Program-made: the position numbers and the translations under genes | Assembly (NCBI GenBank): GCA_030754595.1 | Contig: JASLZZ010000054.1 | Location: forward strand, 1 to 12,159 | Length of the DNA: 12,159 nt | Direction of reading: 5' to 3' | Origin: Nitrospinota bacterium | Lineage (GTDB): Bacteria > UBA8248 | Part shown: in pieces, positions 7,943-12,159 of the stretch | Layout: each line of letters begins with the position of its first letter | Numbering within the stretch: position 1 is the stretch's first letter | Notes under the pieces: model-generated | Told to the model about the DNA's origin: nothing | The model's input: the letters and a program-made list of their open reading frames with translations, nothing else | Databases searched by the model: none

Positions 7943-8737
7943 GTGGTTCGCGTTCTAAGCGGGATTGCGCTTGGCGCTCCTACCCTTCTTGTTGTTTGGT
8001 CCGCTCCACCGGTCCTGTTTCTCTGGCTGGTGGTGGTGGTCGCCCTATGTGCGGCCTGGGAATTTCAGGGGCTGATCGCGCATTGCGGCTGGGCGGGAGT
8101 GCGCTGGGAGGGTACGCTCGATGTGGGGCTATTGATCCTGTCTTTTTGGGCTGGCGGTCTGACGCCCGGGGTGGCCCTGACTTTTATCATTTTACGAATT
8201 TTAGTGCGCTCCATGAATACAAGTGATCGGAAAGTGGGGCTTGCCGGAGCGGGTGTATCGGTCTTGGGGTTGCTCTGGGTGGGCGGAGCCGGCTCGCTGG
8301 TTGTATTAATTCGGCTGGTGGACAGTGGCAGGGAAGCTATTGTGTTTTTATTCGCTGTCGTCTGGGCGAACGATATTGCGGCGTATTATGTGGGCCGCGC
8401 GGTGGGCATCCGAAAACTCGCGCCATCGATTAGCCCGGGAAAGACGGTTGAGGGGGCGCTGGGCGGTCTGGTAGCGGGCGCGGTCGTGGGGCTAGCCCTG
8501 GCGGGATGGCTTGAGATCGCGGGCATGGGCCGGGGCTGGGCGCTGGCGGCGGCCCTCATTTTGGGAGGGCTCTCCCAGGTGGGCGATTTGTGCGAGTCAT
8601 TTGTCAAACGGGCGGCGGAGAAAAAAGATTCAGGGACAGGAATCCCCGGTCACGGGGGAGTTCTGGACCGAATCGATGGATTGCTCCTAGCGGCGCCGCC
8701 GTTTTACTATTTTTTGAGATGGATCGCGGCAGGCTGA
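7943..8737 (+). CDS. cdsA: Phosphatidate cytidylyltransferase
   Basis: Hydrophobic membrane protein with WANDIAAYYVG, LAPSISPGKTVEG, GDLCESFVKR, KDSG..IPGHGGVLDRID. Syntenic between uppS and dxr. Confidence 0.96.
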   Translation: MVRVLSGIALGAPTLLVVWSAPPVLFLWLVVVVALCAAWEFQGLIAHCGWAGVRWEGTLDVGLLILSFWAGGLTPGVALTFIILRILVRSMNTSDRKVGLAGAGVSVLGLLWVGGAGSLVVLIRLVDSGREAIVFLFAVVWANDIAAYYVGRAVGIRKLAPSISPGKTVEGALGGLVAGAVVGLALAGWLEIAGMGRGWALAAALILGGLSQVGDLCESFVKRAAEKKDSGTGIPGHGGVLDRIDGLLLAAPPFYYFLRWIAAG

Positions 8738-8758
8738 AATTTGCTTGATGAGGCGAAT

Positions 8759-9934
8759 GTGCCGAAAAAAATCGCTATTTTGGGGTCGACTGGCAGCATC
8801 GGGGAGAACACCCTACGGGTGATCGCCGATAATCCCGGCCGTTTTGAGGTTGTCGCCCTGGCCGCCGGCTCGAACTGGGAGCGGCTGGCCGGCCAGGCGC
8901 GCGAATTTTCTCCGCGGTTGGTGTCGGTCGCGGATCCGGTCAATGCGGGTCATTTGCGTAATAGTCGCAGTTGCGGGGCAAGGGTTTTGAGCGGGGACGA
9001 GGGCCTCCTCGAGGTGGCGGCCGGGGCGGGCGCGGACATCGTTGTCTCGGCTCTGGTCGGTTCAGAGGGGCTGGCTCCGACTCTGGCGGCAATCGAAGCG
9101 GGCGCATCGATCGCGCTGGCGAATAAGGAAGTGCTTGTCATGGCGGGCGAACTCGTTACCCAGAGGGCGCGCGCGCGAAAGGTGCCAATCCTGCCTATTG
9201 ACAGTGAGCACGCTGGCGTTGCACAGGCGCTTGCGGGACGGCCACGGGGCCGGGAGGTGCTCCGGATTATCTTGACCGCCTCGGGCGGGCCTTTCCGCAC
9301 CACTTCCCTGGAATCGCTTTGTGGTGTTACGCCGGCGGAGGCGTTACGTCATCCCACCTGGAAGATGGGCCCAAAGGTGACTATTGATTCAGCCAGTCTG
9401 ATGAATAAAGGTCTTGAACTAATAGAAGCAAAGTGGCTTTTCGATTTGTCGCCTGAGCAGGTCGATGTGCTGATTCATCCGGAGAGCGTGGTGCATGCCC
9501 TGGCCGAGTTTGTGGACGGAAGCATGCTCGCCCAGATGAGCGTTCCCGATATGCGAATTTCGATCTCCCAGGCCCTCTGTTATCCGGAGCGCGTTCCCTG
9601 CCAAGTGCCCCGCCTTGACCTGGCCCGGCTAGGTTCGCTTACTTTCGAGGAGCCGGATACGGGCCGATTTGCTTGTCTGGGCCATGCCCGGTCGGTTTTG
9701 GTTGAGGGGGGGATCGCCCCTGCGGTGTTGAACGCTGCCAATGAGGTGGCTGTCGAAGCTTTTTTGGGCGGTCATATCGGATTTATGGAAATTCCGGCCC
9801 TGGTGGGTGCAGCCTTGGAAGGCCGCCCAAGCGGTTCCGGAGATAGTCTCGAAGAAGTGATGGGGGCGGATCGTTGGGCGCGGGAATTCACCGCCTCGCG
9901 CCTCAACGGAGTCAGAAGCAAAGTCCGGCCATGA
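8759..9934 (+). CDS. dxr: 1-deoxy-D-xylulose 5-phosphate reductoisomerase
   Basis: ILGSTGSIG, ALANKEVLV, PIDSEH, LTASGGPFR, HPTWKMGPKVTIDSASLMNKGLE, LNAANEVAV. Start is GTG 8759 (GAGG upstream) or TTG 8741. Confidence 0.97.
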   Translation: MPKKIAILGSTGSIGENTLRVIADNPGRFEVVALAAGSNWERLAGQAREFSPRLVSVADPVNAGHLRNSRSCGARVLSGDEGLLEVAAGAGADIVVSALVGSEGLAPTLAAIEAGASIALANKEVLVMAGELVTQRARARKVPILPIDSEHAGVAQALAGRPRGREVLRIILTASGGPFRTTSLESLCGVTPAEALRHPTWKMGPKVTIDSASLMNKGLELIEAKWLFDLSPEQVDVLIHPESVVHALAEFVDGSMLAQMSVPDMRISISQALCYPERVPCQVPRLDLARLGSLTFEEPDTGRFACLGHARSVLVEGGIAPAVLNAANEVAVEAFLGGHIGFMEIPALVGAALEGRPSGSGDSLEEVMGADRWAREFTASRLNGVRSKVRP

Positions 9935-10410
9935 GTCGCCCGCCCCCAGGCGATGGAGGAAACCCTGTTTCATTGGCCCGCGTCGCCGCGACGGTGTGCG
10001 GAACCGGATATTTTCCCATCGCACCCGGTACGGCGGGCTCTGCCGTGGGTGTGGTCCTTTATTGGGCTCTCTACCAGGCGGGGAGCTCCCCGCTTTTTGT
10101 TTTTTTCTTTTTATGGGTAATTTTGGCGGTATGGTCTGCGGGTGTGGTCGAGCGCGAATCCGGGAGAAAGGACCCTCCCGAGATTGTGGCGGACGAGGTC
10201 GCGGGCCAGTTGCTTTGTCTGATGGGCTCGGCCCCGGTGGCGCTACATCTTGCGGCGGGATTCGTGATTTTTCGGGTGCTCGATATCTGGAAGCCCTTTC
10301 GGCGAATCGAGATTCTTCCAGGGGGCTGGGGGGTCGTCGCGGACGATCTGGTGGCCGGAGGGCTGGGGTGGGGGGTGCTCGCCCTGGGGCGAAGTATGGG
10401 CTACCTGTAA
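9931..10410 (+). CDS. pgpA: Phosphatidylglycerophosphatase A
   Basis: GYFPIAPGTAGS, KDPPEIVADEVAG, FRVLDIWKP, GGWGVVADDLVAG. ATG 9931 overlaps the dxr stop (ATGA). Confidence 0.93.
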   Translation: MSRPPPGDGGNPVSLARVAATVCGTGYFPIAPGTAGSAVGVVLYWALYQAGSSPLFVFFFLWVILAVWSAGVVERESGRKDPPEIVADEVAGQLLCLMGSAPVALHLAAGFVIFRVLDIWKPFRRIEILPGGWGVVADDLVAGGLGWGVLALGRSMGYL

Positions 10411-10441
10411 CCTAGTTACCTGGATCCTTGAGGGCCGCGGC

Positions 10442-10957
10442 GTGGACGAATCGCTCGAAGCTTGGCTGGGCCAGCATCTTTCACGGAAAAAATGGCGCAT
10501 CACGACGGCGGAAAGCTGTACGGGAGGCCTGATCGGACACCGGATTACCAACGTTCCGGGGAGTTCGAACTACTACGACCGGGGATTCATCACCTACAGC
10601 AACGAGGCGAAAATGGCGATTCTCGGGGTGCCTGAGGAGGTGCTGATCGCCCACGGCGCGGTCAGCGACGCCTGCGCCCGTGCGATGGCCGAGGGCGCGA
10701 GAAGGGCGGTCGGCGCCGAGTCGGCCGGCACTGAGCTAGGCCCCCCCGAAGTGGGCCTCGCCGTGACGGGCATCGCCGGGCCCGGGGGCGGCGCCCCCGA
10801 TAAGCCCGTCGGGACAGTGTTCATGTCGGTGGCGCTCCCCTCCGGGACCCGAAGCGGGCGCTACCTCTTCGAGGGCGACCGCGCCGCCGTCAAGGAGCAG
10901 ACCGCCGACTCGGCCCTCGAGATGCTGCGCGCCGCGCTCCTCGAGAGCGAGAGCTGA
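10442..10957 (+). CDS. pncC: Stand-alone CinA C-terminal domain (nicotinamide mononucleotide deamidase, PncC type)
   Basis: TAESCTGG, VPGSSNYY, TYSNEAK, HGAVS, AMAEG, TGIAGPGG, KPVGTV. The N-terminal MocF-like domain of full-length CinA is absent. Confidence 0.9.
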   Translation: MDESLEAWLGQHLSRKKWRITTAESCTGGLIGHRITNVPGSSNYYDRGFITYSNEAKMAILGVPEEVLIAHGAVSDACARAMAEGARRAVGAESAGTELGPPEVGLAVTGIAGPGGGAPDKPVGTVFMSVALPSGTRSGRYLFEGDRAAVKEQTADSALEMLRAALLESES

Positions 10958-10971
10958 CGCCCCCCCCACCG

Positions 10972-11580
10972 ATGAAAGCCTTTATCGCCATCCCCCTCCC
11001 GCCGGAGGGCAGGGAGCTCGTCGCAGCCCTGGGCGAAAATTTCGATCACCACTCTCCCTTCGCCGCCTTCAGGCGCGTTCCTCCCGCGAAAGTCCACCTC
11101 ACATTGCGTTTTTTGGGCGAAATTCCCGGCAATTCCGCCGCCTCGGAAGCTCCCGGTTCCCTGCCAGCCATGTTATCGGAGTCCTGCGCCGGGACAGGCG
11201 CCATCCCGTTTCCGGTTGAGCGCCTCGGCGCCTTTCCCCGCCCCGGTAGCCCCTCCGTCATCTGGGCCGGCCCGCGAGCTTGCCCAACGCCCCTCGCCGT
11301 CCTCGTTGGCCGGCTGAGCTCCGCCCTCGACGGCGCCGACCATCCGCCCGAGGCTCGCCCCTTCCGGCCCCATCTCACCCTCGCCCGCCGCTCCCGGAGG
11401 GCTCGCCCATCCCGGGGGGATCGCCCCCCCAAAAACCTCGCCGCCGCACTCCGGGAGGCCGAGGCCGCCCTGCTCGACCCGCCGCCCCTCCTCCGCCTGA
11501 CCGAGGCCGTCCTTTTCAAAAGCGACCTCCGCCCCGAAGGGGCCGTCCACACCCCCCTATTCAGGGTTTCTCTCGCCTGA
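10972..11580 (+). CDS. thpR: RNA 2',3'-cyclic phosphodiesterase (LigT/ThpR, 2H phosphoesterase)
   Basis: N-terminal AFIAIPLP, two HxT motifs (VHLTLRFLG, FRPHLTLAR), LGAFP...VIWAG, LFKSDL..EGAVH. Position after pgpA-cinA. Confidence 0.9.
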   Translation: MKAFIAIPLPPEGRELVAALGENFDHHSPFAAFRRVPPAKVHLTLRFLGEIPGNSAASEAPGSLPAMLSESCAGTGAIPFPVERLGAFPRPGSPSVIWAGPRACPTPLAVLVGRLSSALDGADHPPEARPFRPHLTLARRSRRARPSRGDRPPKNLAAALREAEAALLDPPPLLRLTEAVLFKSDLRPEGAVHTPLFRVSLA

Positions 11581-11607
11581 GCGCCGCCTCCACCGTGTAA
11601 TACCCCA

Positions 11608-11665
11608 AAATGAATCAATTATTATTCATTTAGTACTTGATCTTCTAAATTCACCCGCCTATAGT
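11608..11665 (+). promoter_or_regulatory. Putative sigma70 promoter with an upstream palindromic operator
   Basis: TTGATC (11637-11642), 17 bp, TATAGT (11660-11665). Perfect inverted repeat AAATGAAT-N8-ATTCATTT (11608-11631) just upstream. Confidence 0.5.
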
Positions 11666-11802
11666 TCTCTATATTAGCTACTCTGATTAACGCCAGTCCC
11701 ATCTCCCCTATCCAGGTGCCGTGATTCAGGGAGCAGGGCCCACAGCCAAATAAGGAACCAAAAGCCAAGCCGTATACGCAACGTCCACCTGGAGGACTCG
11801 TC

Positions 11803-12051
11803 ATGCCGAAACGCGCTTTTGTCATACTGCTCTTCTCCCAGGTTATTTTTCTCATTGCGTCTGTTCTTATGAACCTACCATCCACTGCAGAAGCGGCACC
11901 GACCGGCCTACGGATCTATGTGGCTCTTGGCTCAGAGGCAACCCAAAGTACCGCCGTATTTGACGATGAAAACAACGAACTTCGTTACATAAATACTGGA
12001 GATTCTCCTACTTCAATAATTCGGAATTATGCGGCAACGCTATCAATCTAA
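11803..12051 (+). CDS. Small secreted hypothetical protein; possibly a truncated YVTN-type beta-propeller remnant
   Basis: SD GGAGGA at 11791-11796. Signal peptide with basic N-terminus, hydrophobic core and AEA|A cleavage-like site. RIYVA...TAVFDDENNE...INTGDSPTSI resembles one YVTN repeat. Confidence 0.55.
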   Translation: MPKRAFVILLFSQVIFLIASVLMNLPSTAEAAPTGLRIYVALGSEATQSTAVFDDENNELRYINTGDSPTSIIRNYAATLSI

Positions 12052-12075
12052 CAAATTCCGGTCTATTTACCCTTC

Positions 12076-12097
12076 CTCGGCGGTGCCTCCCGCCGAG
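12076..12097. terminator. GC-rich hairpin downstream of the small ORF (possible terminator or RNA-stabilising stem)
   Basis: CTCGGCGG (12076-12083) pairs with CCGCCGAG (12090-12097), 6-nt loop. No clear U-tract. Confidence 0.35.
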
Positions 12098-12159
12098 AAG
12101 TCCATAAAGTGCGCTGAAAGATCCCTCTGAGGCGGCTCCTATAGCCAAAATCACGGTGC

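Noticed and set aside
1400..11618. Many antisense or alternate-frame ORFs (e.g. 5925-6659, 6674-7177, 11046-11618)
   Set aside because: Shadow ORFs expected opposite GC-rich conserved genes; no motifs or start signals.

Overview
GC-rich bacterial housekeeping block on the + strand (1471-11580): argC-argJ-rpsB-tsf-pyrH-frr-uppS-cdsA-dxr-pgpA-cinA/pncC-thpR, with apparent translational coupling at argC/argJ and dxr/pgpA. It uses the standard code, and 10 of these 12 genes end in TGA. Both flanks are lower-GC accessory-looking DNA. Left flank (1-1400): (i) a ~440-nt stretch densely packed with compatible helices that favours a minus-strand structured RNA running off the window edge; (ii) a divergent 554-1009 reading frame broken only by two in-frame TGA codons; (iii) a ~320-bp segment bounded by inverted repeats just upstream of the argC promoter. 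Right flank (11597-12159): a sigma70-like promoter, an operator-like palindrome, a structured leader and a short signal-peptide ORF resembling a truncated YVTN beta-propeller protein. The argJ-rpsB gap holds a heavily structured leader with a ~30-nt imperfect tandem duplication. All calls come from reading by eye; no database search or folding program was run.
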